Shown piece by piece: positions 24,270 through 35,981 of a stretch of 64,000 nucleotides of DNA (positions are counted from its first letter, which is position 1; each line of letters opens with the position of its first letter). The notes beneath the pieces were generated by a model. That model saw nothing but the letters and a program-made list of their open reading frames with translations, ran no database searches and had not been told where the DNA came from. The stretch comes from Geosiphon pyriformis uo1 (lineage: Eukaryota; Fungi; Glomeromycota). The stretch spans positions 496,001 through 560,000 of the forward strand of contig JAAOMT010000657.1 in assembly GCA_016748015.1 (NCBI GenBank), read 5' to 3'. Both the position numbers and the translations under genes were made by a program.

Positions 24270-25350
24270 TTTTATTTATTTATTTAACAAATAAGACCTA
24301 AATGCTACTTACTACAATATATCAAATTAAGTAATTTAAACTAAGTGCAAATCATGTTTTTTCTATACACAACTAGCTATTTGGGCCAATTAAAACAACA
24401 CTATAAATCTATCTTAATAGTGACTGTACTATTTGTATCAGAAAAAAAATAACAGAATCTACAAAAACCAAAGCTTATATCATGTGTTCCTATAATTCTA
24501 AGCAATCTCACCATATTATCAGAAAATAGAGATAAAGAATTATAAACCTCTGGAAACACAAACTCATTACTAGTAATCATATCCCTTTTTCTTCATAAAC
24601 ACTTTATACTTAGCTCTTATTAACCATATCTTAATTTGATGACTTATATCCAAATCTTGCACCAAATTAACAATTTTTTTACAAGCTAACTTAGCATAAT
24701 TAAAAACAAAAACAGCTTTTAAATACCAATTTTTAAACACAAAACTCTTGCATAAAACAGTATACATAGTATTATTAAAAAAATACAAAAAAAGAAATTA
24801 TAGAATATATAATAATAATAAGCTCAAGTCTAATCTAGAATTCCACCAAGCTGAATACAAATCAAGCAGTTCTTTGTAGGTAACAAAGTTCATTAAACAA
24901 ACAAAAAAGTAATTAAGAAGTTTCACTTTTCTACAGAACAGACACAATATATTAGGGTATTTTTTATTATACAAATGCTTTTTAATAGCAACAAACAACT
25001 GGTAATACAAAGCTTTTATGAAATATGAATACAGACCCATGGTAAATTCACTTGTAAACCCAAATATCATATGCAAGTTAGAATGTCAAATCAAAGATGT
25101 TTAAGACCAATTTATATCTTTAATTATATCTTTACCAATAATATTAAAACCAAACCCAATTTTTCATTAAGTATGTTAAACTGTCCTAAAAACATTATGA
25201 ATAAAATAGCAAATATTTTCAGATACCAGTATTCCATTAATCTTAATGAACTTTTCCCTAATAAAAACAAAAAATCTTAAATTGAAATGTGAAGTCAAGT
25301 CAGCCAACATATTAGTCTAGTCATTATCTAAGATATTCAAATAGCTTTTA
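24270..25350 (-). mobile_element. Heavily mutated 3' fragment of a LINE (ORF2 C-terminus, 3' UTR, (TAAA)n tail)
   Basis: YFIKALYYQLFVAIKKHLYNKKYPNILCLFC matches the ORF2 zinc-binding end of the 26.5-33.4 kb LINE; the 3' UTR aligns with 26490-26610 and 48015-48140. Confidence 0.88.
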
Positions 25351-25636
25351 ATTTAGTATTTTAAAAATTACATATTATTAAAAATAATAATAATATATAT
25401 ATAACTATTGTTAAAAGTTTTGTTTTTAAGAATTAAAATAATAAAATATTATAATTATTTTTAAATATAAAAAAAAATTTTAAAATTTTAGATTTAAATA
25501 ATTTTTTAATTATTTATAATTTAAAAAAAAATTAATTAAATAAATTTGTTATAAGCTTTTTTATTGTTTTTAAATATAAAATTAAAATTAAATTGGTTTT
25601 AAATTAGCATATATAGTTTTTTATTATGTATTATTT

Positions 25637-25870
25637 ACTAAATTAAACAAAATTTTAACTAAATATTAAGTATTTTTTAATATTATTATATTATATGTCT
25701 TAATAAATATTATATTAATATATATTAATAAGTATATACTAAATTAATAACCAAATTAAACAAAATTTTAACTAAATATTAAGTATTTTTTAATATTATT
25801 ATATTATATATCTTAATAAATATTATATTAATATATATTAATAAGTATATACTAAATTAATAGCCAAATT
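25637..25870. repeat. 113-bp direct tandem duplication inside an A/T block
   Basis: aattaaacaaaattttaactaaatattaag at 25641 and 25754. Confidence 0.9.
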
Positions 25871-26608
25871 AACCAAAATATTAACAGTTTTATTTTTAAT
25901 TACTTTTAAATATTTTTTGATTTTTTTTTAATAATATTATAATTAATTATATATAAAAAATACATAAATTAGATTTAATTTAGAATTTTAAATAATTGTA
26001 TTATATTAAATAATAATTGAATTTTACTTGTAAAAAAAATATTTGTAATATGTTTTTTTTAATCTAATATTTATTAAAATTTAATAATTTTAAAACTGCT
26101 TAATTGTCTAAAAAAATTTTAAAATTATTAAAAAAATGTATTTTAAAGCCAAAACAATAATATAAAACTTAGTTATAATAAATAATAAAAGATTAATAAT
26201 ATTGATTTTTAAACTTAATCTAAATTTAAAAAAAAGTCACAGCTTTATAAATTATATTTAAAAACCCAAATACTTATTTATATAAATTAAAATTACTAAT
26301 AAACAAAAATTTTATAAACTAAAAACTGTTTAAAAAAACAAAAAAATACTTTATATATTAGTTTTTTTAATATACTTAGCAAAAATTTATTATTAGTTTT
26401 ATTATTAATATTTTTATTTAAAAATTATAATATTAAAGTAAATTAAATCAAAATTAGTTTTTTAAAATCTAAATTTTTTTTTTTTAATTAATTTAACAAG
26501 TAAGGTCCAAATGCGACCTAGCACTATACATCATACAAATAATCTAAACTAGGTGCAAATTATGTGCTTTCTACACGTGACCAGCCACTCGGGCCAGTCA
26601 GGACTACA

Positions 26609-29600
26609 CTATATACCTATATGCACAAAAACCAAATCTCCAATACCTGAAAAAAATGGACAAAACTTATGAAACCTGAAACCAACTCCAAAAGCCTCAG
26701 CCATCCCCAGCAATCTAACCACACCAGCCGAAAGCACCATAGACAAACCAAAAACTGAAGCAGAAGTGGAGCCATCATGTGGAATCAAACTGTGCTTTTC
26801 AATAAACACCTGGTGTCTAGCATGAACCAACCAAATATTATTCCGAAATGCAAGACAAAACTCACACACAAAGCCCATAATCCTTTTAGTACCCTTCTTA
26901 GAATCTTTAAAAACCAAGACAGACTCATGAAACCAATCATCAAAAACAAAGCCCTTACACAGAGCAACACCAACTCCAACTTCAGAAACACAAGAAGCCA
27001 AAGTCTATAAGACACATGAAGAAGAGCAAGATAGACCAGAAAGAGCCTCCCAAGCTGAAACATGAGCGCCCAACAAATGAGCATGGTCAACGGCATCTTG
27101 AGGACACAAAAAGATATGATCCGAGGTCTCAACATCACCACAGAACAGACAGACCACACTGGGGTATCTCCTATCATATAAACGCTTGTGCACAGCAACA
27201 GAAAACCAATGATGGAGAGCCTTTATAAAGTAAGTATGACAGCCTGCCGTGCACATGCTGGTAAAACCAAATGCCAAGTGAGAATCAGTGTACCACACCA
27301 TAAAAGACTTAGACCAATTGATATCAGCACGCAAACTATCATCCACAACACGAGAACTCACTCCAACCTCCCAACGAGCTCGATGAACTGACTGGAAAAC
27401 ATCACGAACAAAATGTCTAGAATTACCAGAAACCGCCATATCACCAGCACATAGGAAACGTTCACTGACTAAATGAGATAGGCGCCAAGCAGAGAAAACA
27501 GCATCTTTGGCAAGCGCATCAGCATGCTTATTGTCCGAGACATCTAAATGACCTTTCACCTTAATCCAATTCACATCCAAATTTTTTTAATGAATGATGG
27601 TAGCAATGTAACAACGCTCAATCCAACAGTGGTTCCTGAAATCCAGACAAACCAGTAAAAACTTCGACCTACATGCATCCAAAGCAGCTTGGCTATCCAA
27701 GAACAAGTCAATCAAATGAGAAAAAAGAACACACTCAAGGACCAAAGCTATGGCTTGCAGCTCCATTAGAGTAGAAAAAACCAAACCAGACACCCCAACA
27801 CCCAAACCCAAGTTAATGTCCTCAAAAAAAATGGCAGCACCTGCTCTTACATCAACAGTGCCCAGACCAGAAAGAGATCCATCCATATACACAGAAAGAC
27901 AGGGAGCATCAACAGTCGGCAAGGTGTCATGAACCACACCAAAATTATAAGAAAGACAAATATTAAACACAGCATGACCATTCACCAAAAAAAAACTTGA
28001 GAAGAGAGGCACAACACCACCAAGAAAGCGAATGGAAAGATCAAACCAGAAAGGGACTGGGCTGCGAGGGTCTAGCCTCTTCCAATGCTTGAAGGTCCCC
28101 CAACTGAAAACATTACCATTACGGTCACGAAGCTGTTCCACGAAAGCAATTCCATAATGCCTGAGCAAAGAGATACACTTGAAAAAACAGGATTCACAAG
28201 AACCAAAGACATAGGAGTACTGCACCGATGACAAAAAGTACAAGCCAGAGGGCCTCTTAAAGACAAATCACACCCAGAAAAGATGCAGACCACACCTGCC
28301 AAAAAATTATTTGAGGGACTGATACCAACACGAGCCAGAAACAGCAAGGGATGACGAAAACACCAGCTGAGAACCTGGAGGTCATGAGACCTATGTGAAA
28401 ACAAGTAACTCAAGACACCAGTAGAATTTGCAAAAGCAATAACAGAGGCCAATTTATTCTTAGTCTGGATCTGTTCGAAAGTTTTTAAATTGTACAAAGA
28501 GGGGTAATGAAGTGCATTGCTGGGGAAATCACGTGGCAATCCAGACTTGGACTTTAAAATCTTGCATACCAAAGCATCCCATTTACTACAAACACCAATA
28601 GAAACAAAACTGAACTGAGTTCTGTAGCTGATGATAGGGAAAAGAACTGCAGACACCAAATATGTACACTGTTTGTCCGAAATTGCCTTTCTTAAAACAA
28701 GATTCACAAAAAACCGTACATTAGCCTGAGCTTTAGCCAAGCTAAGCTTCGAAAAACTCTCAGAAGACAAAAAAACACCCAAATAGCGATGAGATTCCCC
28801 TTTTTTGGCAATGGAAATAGGCGCGCCACTGATAATTAAATGAGAGTCCATTATCCGACAGTTGATAGGGATGGCCACTGTCTTGTCATTATTCACAGAA
28901 ATGTCATTGAACCTGAAAAATTCACTAGCAACATCAAGAATGTGTTGTGTAACAGCCTGGCTGCTACCAACCCAAACAGTATCATCGACGAAAGCACCAG
29001 CAGTAAAAAATGAAGTCAATCTAGCTCAAGGATCTACTCGGCCTGTTTTGGAAATAAAATGAGAATTCAATCTATAGTCACACATACTCTCCTGTCTCTT
29101 GACTTTGCACAAAAGTGAATCATAAAAAATATGCCAGAGAAGAGACGAAAAAACTTCTCCCTGATCCAGCCCATCATGGACACAATACCCATCAGTCAAG
29201 CCAAAGTCAGTTATTACCCTATTAATGCGACTATTGTAAATACTGCCAAAAAATCTAATAAACCTGCCACACATTTTGATCCTGACCAGACTTCTCCTGA
29301 GATGTTCTCAACCAACTGAGTCATAAGCCTTACGCATGTCCTGTAAAACCAGCCAAAGTTCACGGTTCTTCTTCAAGGCATCCTCAACCACAGAACCGAT
29401 AGCAAAAATGGGAGATTGCATTATCATGCCTTTCAAAACCAAAAAATTGTTCCCACAAAGAACATCAAAAGTGCTGCAAGCTGAAGAGATTCTATCTGAA
29501 AGGATTTTGGAGAGAATCTTGTGAGCTGTTTCAATTAAAGCTATAGGACAGATGTTTGTGAGAACTCTTTTCCATTCATATGGTTTAGGAATCATTGAAA

Positions 29601-31296
29601 CCCAAGCTTCCCTCCAAGGTCCAGGAACTGACTTACCAACCAAACAGAAATTCAAGAGTACCAAAAGCATATCCAAAACAGATTTGTCACAATGTTTCTA
29701 TAATTCGTTAGAGATACCAGAAAGACCAGCTGCTTTTTCATCAGGAAGATCCTTAACAACAGTTGACAACTCATCAAAACTGATTGAACACATGACATCA
29801 AAGAAAGCACTATCGAACACGTAATCCAGAGGCCGATATTGGCAAGCCCAATTCTCAGATAAGTCAGACATCACCTCACGTTTTCTGGTCCATCCCTCCA
29901 TAATTTTGTCCACCTTAGACTTAACCAAATCAGGCTCCAAAATCAATTCATCTTCTACAACCAGATGATCTAGGACCACCTTGTGAAAAAGACACTCCAA
30001 AACACTTCTAATGGTGTGACTCTTGTTTAGCTCAAAACTCTCCATTCTCTTACCAATAGCCTGCTTGATCAAGGATTCCTCAGCGCACTTGGATTTCAAT
30101 AATTTGAAAGAGCAGTACAATTTCCTTGCTTTGGCCAGCACTGAACGAATAAGATTAAAATTAGAATCTGAAAGAAACAGAGACTTAACCACCGACGCAC
30201 CAGAGGAGTTGAGTCTGTGCCATACCTCCAACAAAGAAGCAAAACTGTTACTAGAAGCCAAATGCGAAGCCTTAACCAACTTAGAAACCAGCAGTTCCAG
30301 CTTGTAAAACCTAGAAGAAGTCTTGGTAAACACACCATCAAAACCTTTGAACCACTTTTTCTTAAATGTACTATCTGCTGAAAGAACCATAATCTTGCAA
30401 ACAATGTCCCACATAATGTCCACATCTGAAAATCTCACTGCCACACCAAAAACATCCAAGAACATAGAAACATTAGCAGCTAAAGCAATCTTGAACTCCA
30501 ACCACTTAGCTTCATTGGCACTTTTGATGTCAAACTTCCAACAATTTCTATTTGCTTGCATGCAAAGAGAATTCAAATACGTATCCAAGAGTCCACCCAA
30601 ACCCAAATCTACTGAAACAGCTTGATGGTCTGTGTCAAAATGCCCACCAACATTCAAAACTTCACAACGCACTATTGCATTGACAAGACTTGACAAGACA
30701 AACATGTAATCAATTGTTTTTTTAACACCTCTAGAATTTTCCTAAGTGGGCATTTTCGCAGCTGGGCTGCTGGCTAAAGAATTGACCAGACCCAAATCAA
30801 AGCATCTTTTGAAACTTGCACCTTTATAAGAACCGTCTTTATTAAAATCACCTCCAAGAACGATGAAAAAAGATTCATTAACAGCCCTTGCAATAAAAAA
30901 GTTAATCTCATCAGTCTGAGAAAGCTGCGCCACTGAAGAAGCACCAGTATAGAGCCCCAGAATTGACACTGAAAGCTTATTCTTGAAAAGTAATCGAACA
31001 GACAGAAGCCAGCCAGGCACTTCAGAAACCTTGCATATATGCCTTGCCAAAGAAGAGTCCATGACAACCACCACACAAGCATCCAGATATCCAGAATCCA
31101 AACCAGAGGTAAACACCCAAACACCATCAAACTTGTTGATGATCCAGGGACAAACCTTATCCTTCAACTTTGTTTCAGTAAAAATAGAAACCAAATTGCT
31201 CTTGTCTTTGTGCCAACGAACTATATCTTCCTGTTTTGCAGGAACGTTCATGTCCCAAACATTACACATAGCAACTTTCCAAATCAAACTGGTCAT
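26609..31296 (-). pseudogene. LINE ORF2 (endonuclease, reverse transcriptase, RNase H), disrupted
   Basis: Consecutive ORF-track fragments from 30742-31335 to 26609-27001 form one polyprotein broken by stops and frameshifts. Confidence 0.92.
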
Positions 31297-33249
31297 TGAG
31301 AAGACGAGAGAACCAAAGAACCCAAACCAGAACACAACATATTCAATCTTGCCAAAACTGAGCTGACTGATGCATCCAAAGCCATCAACTTTGACTTCAA
31401 ACCACCAATCTTGGCAGTCAGAACCTTTGAACTACTGGAACCAAAATCAGGATTAGCATTATCAACAGTTGGGCAAAGAAAAGAGGATGTTGCCAACAGA
31501 ACATCCAGTGCCATATCCAAATCCATGCATGAGGCCTGAGAAGCAGACACAACAGGAGAAGGGGTGAGAGAAGAAGACACCAAAGATACCACTTTAACAC
31601 AGCTCAGTTTTTTTGCAATGGCAGAAACTTGGTCTGTCAAAAGCTCCAAAAAGTGTTCCAAAGACGCCACCCAATTACACAAACCAGAGATATCAGAAGG
31701 GGAGAATTCTACTAAGGTGGATTTCACACCAAAATTTGCACCAACACCAGAAAGACCCGAAGGAACCACACAAGAGGGAGAGCCACTAGCAACTTGGGCC
31801 TATGTCTTACCACCAAAGAAAACTGGGTAAGCGATAGGAGCCTGCTTTCTCTTATATACGTTAGCCAGACGAACCCAATTCTGAGAAGTTATCACTCACT
31901 TACTGCGAGTACCAGAATTCCCATCCATAGAACAAACATCAGAAACATGACTGAATTGTTTACACACTACACAACAGACCAAAGAGAGGCCAGCCCAATG
32001 CAAATCTACACCCTTGAAGACCGGAACCAAACCAACAGCAGCCAGCTTGGATGTCTCGCTTTCAAAACAAATTACAGCACACTGGTCACAAACATAAGAA
32101 GTTGGATTGCGGCCAATAAAACAAGTTTTCCTGCCATAAGCTTCCACCAATTCAGACAAATCATGGGTGGTGGTGCCAACTGGAATAGTGTAAAGCAACA
32201 CCTGATGCCGATTCTTAGATACCCATGTTTGTTTATCAATACTTGCCTTTGCCATGCGAACAGAATTTTTTCCCATGAGCACAGACCATCTAGCTGCGAC
32301 CAAATCAGCTATCTCAGATGATTCATATTCTACTAGGGCCTTTTGCCAAAGACCAATAAGCTGCACTTTGATTGAAGTGATCTTGCCAAACCTGGAGAAC
32401 ACTGCCTCAATTGCCAATTTGGGAAGATCCACTGGGATTTCCTTAATGATTACTTCCCGATCTGAATGGCTGTTTATTTTTCTTAGATCATTATTTACCA
32501 AAATATTTTTACTGATTGCCATTTCTCTTGTCTTAATCAAATTTTTCTCAGATGTAAATGATGATCTTATTATACCTGGATATTTTGAGAGAGTTGAAGC
32601 TCCCCCAAATCCATCAATTTGATAAAAGATTTTTTTTACAACCATTAATTTGTCAACATTTGTCTTTCCAGGCACTGCCAAAATCTCAATATCCAAGGCG
32701 AATAATTTAACTGGTTCAAAATCTCTTTTTTCCACAACACATAACTCAACTGCTGGCAAGCACTTGGAACCAGAGAATTTTGGTGACGAAAGTGCCAAGA
32801 CATCCTCATCATTACTCATTTTGTCAAAAGCAGGAGGTTTCGGTGGTTGGCTCAGCATGTAAGTCACAGTCCTTGTCATCTTTGGAGTGGCATTGTTTGC
32901 CATATCATCAGTGTTCGAGGCATTCAAATTCACATAACTCGTTTCCTCTGCAACCATGTTCTTTAAGTTTTTCATATCCAAGATCTCGCTGACACTATTA
33001 CCATTGCTTTCCACATCACTGCTCCAAGACTTTTTGTGTTCCACTCCATTAGCACCCAAAATGCTTATAGAGAGGACCAGCCAATGAATCCACCATCCTC
33101 CCAGCAGCTTCGAGTTTTCTTGGCTTCTTGTATGACACACTGCGAGAGTAGACACTCTCAACATGCTTCTTGTTTCTAACACCAGACCAGGTCCCCAACC
33201 CAGTCGAACTAGACCCAGAACCACCAGCAGAAAAGCTTGCCAGTTCCAT
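31293..33249 (-). pseudogene. LINE ORF1 (RRM-like + zinc knuckle + coiled coil), disrupted
   Basis: VIIKEIPVDLPKLAIEAVFSRFGKITSIKVQ (RRM-like), CVVCKQFSHVSDVC knuckle and LEHFLELLTDQV coil; frameshift near the 5' end and internal stops. Confidence 0.85.
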
Positions 33250-34029
33250 AGCAACAAACAAAGGGGTATCAAAAGAAATAACAAAAAAAAACTAAAAGGG
33301 AAAAGGGAAAAGGGAAACATATTTCTCTGGCTATTCAATGCTCTCATTGTAAGACAGTATGCAAAAACAGAAAAAACTTCTTTCAAAATTTGACTCTTTC
33401 AGGAATTTGGAATGAAGAAGAGAAAGAAGTTAATCTTTAATATTTTAGCAAACTCCTAAATTTTTTTATTAATAAAAAATAATTTAAGTAAAAAATTTTA
33501 TATTTTTATTAATTATTATACTAAAACATTTTAAATATTTAATTACAGAAAAATATAGTATTATTATAAATAATTTAAAATATAATTAATAAAATTTAAA
33601 ATTGTTTTTTTATTCTTTTAATAAATTAATAATTTTTATTATATTTTTTATTAAGCTAATATATTGTTAAATTATTTTTTTATGATAGATAAATTATTAA
33701 TTATATTTACTTTTTTAATTGTTTTTAGATTAATTAAATACTTAATAAATAAAAAAAAATAAAAAATTTAATATTTGTTATTATTAAGTAAAATTTGAAT
33801 TCTTAATTAACATAAAATTATTTTAATAATTTTAATATATTATATATTATATAGCCAAAATATTAAATATTATTATTAATATATAAATTAATTTATATAA
33901 TACATAAATATAATAAATAATATAATATTCTAAACAAAATTTTTTTCTTTTTTATATTTAAAATCCACTAAAAAGTATATTTTTTGTAAAAAAATTTTTA
34001 ATCATTCAATATAATAAATTCAACTTTTT

Positions 34030-35189
34030 TTTGTTTAATTATGAAACTATTGTTGGTTTCAGTATAATTATTATAAAGAAATTTGTTAAGAACTCTGGTT
34101 TTGGTAATAACAACAAATAAATTCTTTCTAGAAAAAAAAAAGTGGTATTTTGAAAAACAGTATTAATAGTAAGGTAGTTTTTACTAAAGTTTTAACTAAT
34201 TATTTTTAAAGCTTTAAAACTGGTAATACTGCTAAATCTAATAGTGTTAATATGGAAAAAAAATGTCTAATAGAAAAGAGCAATATTAATTATAGTAAAA
34301 AGAACTGTTCTAATAGAAAAAATTTTAATTAAACACTAAAAAATCCATAAATAAAAATCAAAATAACATTAAGTATACTTCTAAAAAAAATCAATTTTTT
34401 AAGTGATAATAATAATAATAATATCTTGTTAGATGCTTTATCAACTTTTCTCCTTCCTCTAAAAAATCTGGTTTTTGTTTCTGTTAAGAAGTTTTTTGTT
34501 TTAAATATTGGATTAAATAATATTATTAAGAAGTTTTCTTAGAAAAAACTTTTAGTAATAAAAAAATTGTTTTTAAAAATCAATAGGTTTGGAAAAGCTT
34601 CTTTCTTCTCAAAATTTGCTGAAATTATTAAAGCTATGTTTATTTTTGAATTTAGCTTAATACAAATAACTAGTATAGCAAAAACTAAAAATATTATTGT
34701 AAACACTAATCTTAAAAAATCATTTGTGCATTTAAATTAGACTGTAATAATAATAAAAATCCTAATTGAAATATTGGCTAAGGCTGTATATGCTGTACTA
34801 TCCGAATTTAATGAGATTAAGTTAATTAAGATACAATTAATAGAGCTATAACAAAAAGCTGTAATTGTATTTGGTTAATTAAATTATGCTAATCTAGTTA
34901 CAACAAAGTGGTTTGTTTTAATCAAAGAGAATACAATATATATAACTAAAACTAATATAGACAAAAAATTATGAGATATAAGGAATTAATATAGAATACT
35001 GTTTTATACATTACTAGTGAGAACAAATGTTCACAATATTTGGGATTTTATTGGTTCTGTAAATAAAAAAACATGTGTTATAGATTGTTATCCAGTCATG
35101 TACATTCAGACTAGATGTGCAGTTATCTGTTTTAATTCTTTTGAATCATTAAAAACTGTTATAAAAACCATACTAATGCTAAAAGATGC
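34030..35189 (+). mobile_element. Heavily mutated LINE ORF1 relic, cut off by the solo LTR
   Basis: SKFAEIIKAMF..IIVNTNLKK..RILFYTLLVRTNVHNIWDFIGSVNKKTCVIDCYPVMYIQTRCAVICF is homologous to ORF1 at 32000-32600. Confidence 0.85.
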
Positions 35190-35981
35190 TGTTATCCGAG
35201 TAGAAAAACCGATCTGAAGTTATGAAAAAACGTGACCAAAATGTAACATAACACAGAATAACGTGCAATAATGTTGAATAACACGTTATAATATAAGATA
35301 ACGTGTTATAACACAGAATAACACAGAATAGCACGCAATAACATAAGATAATGTGTTATAATGCAGGATAACACAGAATAACATGTAATAACATCAAATA
35401 ACTATTATAACATAGAATAACTAGTGATAACGTAGAAAAATAAAACAATAACAGAAACAACAAAGCAATAGCTAGCGATAGCAAGACAATTGAAAGCAAT
35501 CCTGTAAAACCAAAAGAATGTATAAAAGCAAGTAGTTGTAAAAGTGAGAAAAAACAGACAGATAGATACAAATCTCTAGACCAGAATTAAAATATCTATA
35601 TCCCTTCATCCTTTATTATCTTTCCTATTTCATTTCCTGAAATAAACCAATTATTAAAAAAATCAGAATCATGAATTCATGTTCTCAAACTTCGTGGAAT
35701 TTACGTAAATTAACCCTTGTTTCATACCTCTATTCTAAAACAGATGCTCTTAGTATAACCATCTCGAACCTATTAACAATTTGGACCAATTGCTCTTGAT
35801 CATGGCAATTAACAATACTAATTTATTTTTTCTCTCTTTTCTTTTCTTTTCTTTTTCTTTTTCTTTCTTTTTCTGTTTTATTTTTGTGGAGCAGCAACAT
35901 AGTAAAATCGACTGTTTGGGAATAGACTTCATGATAGTCTGGTAAAAGAGGGAAGCTTCCCCTAAATTTTGGATATTAACA
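35190..35981. mobile_element. Solo LTR-like element (792 bp) with internal 10-bp tandem array
   Basis: TGTTA...TAACA termini; ~19 units of ATAACACAGA-like 10-mers at 35248-35437; sharp junctions with LINE coding sequence on both sides. Confidence 0.7.

Larger units (their letters stand above)
26474..33445 (-). mobile_element. Near full-length non-LTR retrotransposon (LINE; ORF1 + APE-RT-RNase H ORF2), inactivated
   Basis: Poly(A) tail seen as the T run at 26474-26485. ORF1 33249-31293. ORF2 31296-26609 with APE (VAMCNVW, FTETKL, LGGDFN, IDYMFV, TDH), RT (QDMRKAYDSV, GLDQGE, AFVDD, YLGV), RNase H (VYMDGS, ELQAI, WIKVKGH) and a CxxC..H..C end. Multiple stops and frameshifts; 5' boundary approximate. 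Confidence 0.95.

Noticed and set aside
26469-33465. CTAAATTT as the LINE target-site duplication
   Set aside because: Too short and low-complexity in A/T flanks to trust.
35248-35437. CRISPR-like appearance of the short arrays (also 46073-46204)
   Set aside because: Units are 10-12 bp with no unique spacers, lie inside LTRs, and there are no cas genes in this eukaryotic DNA.
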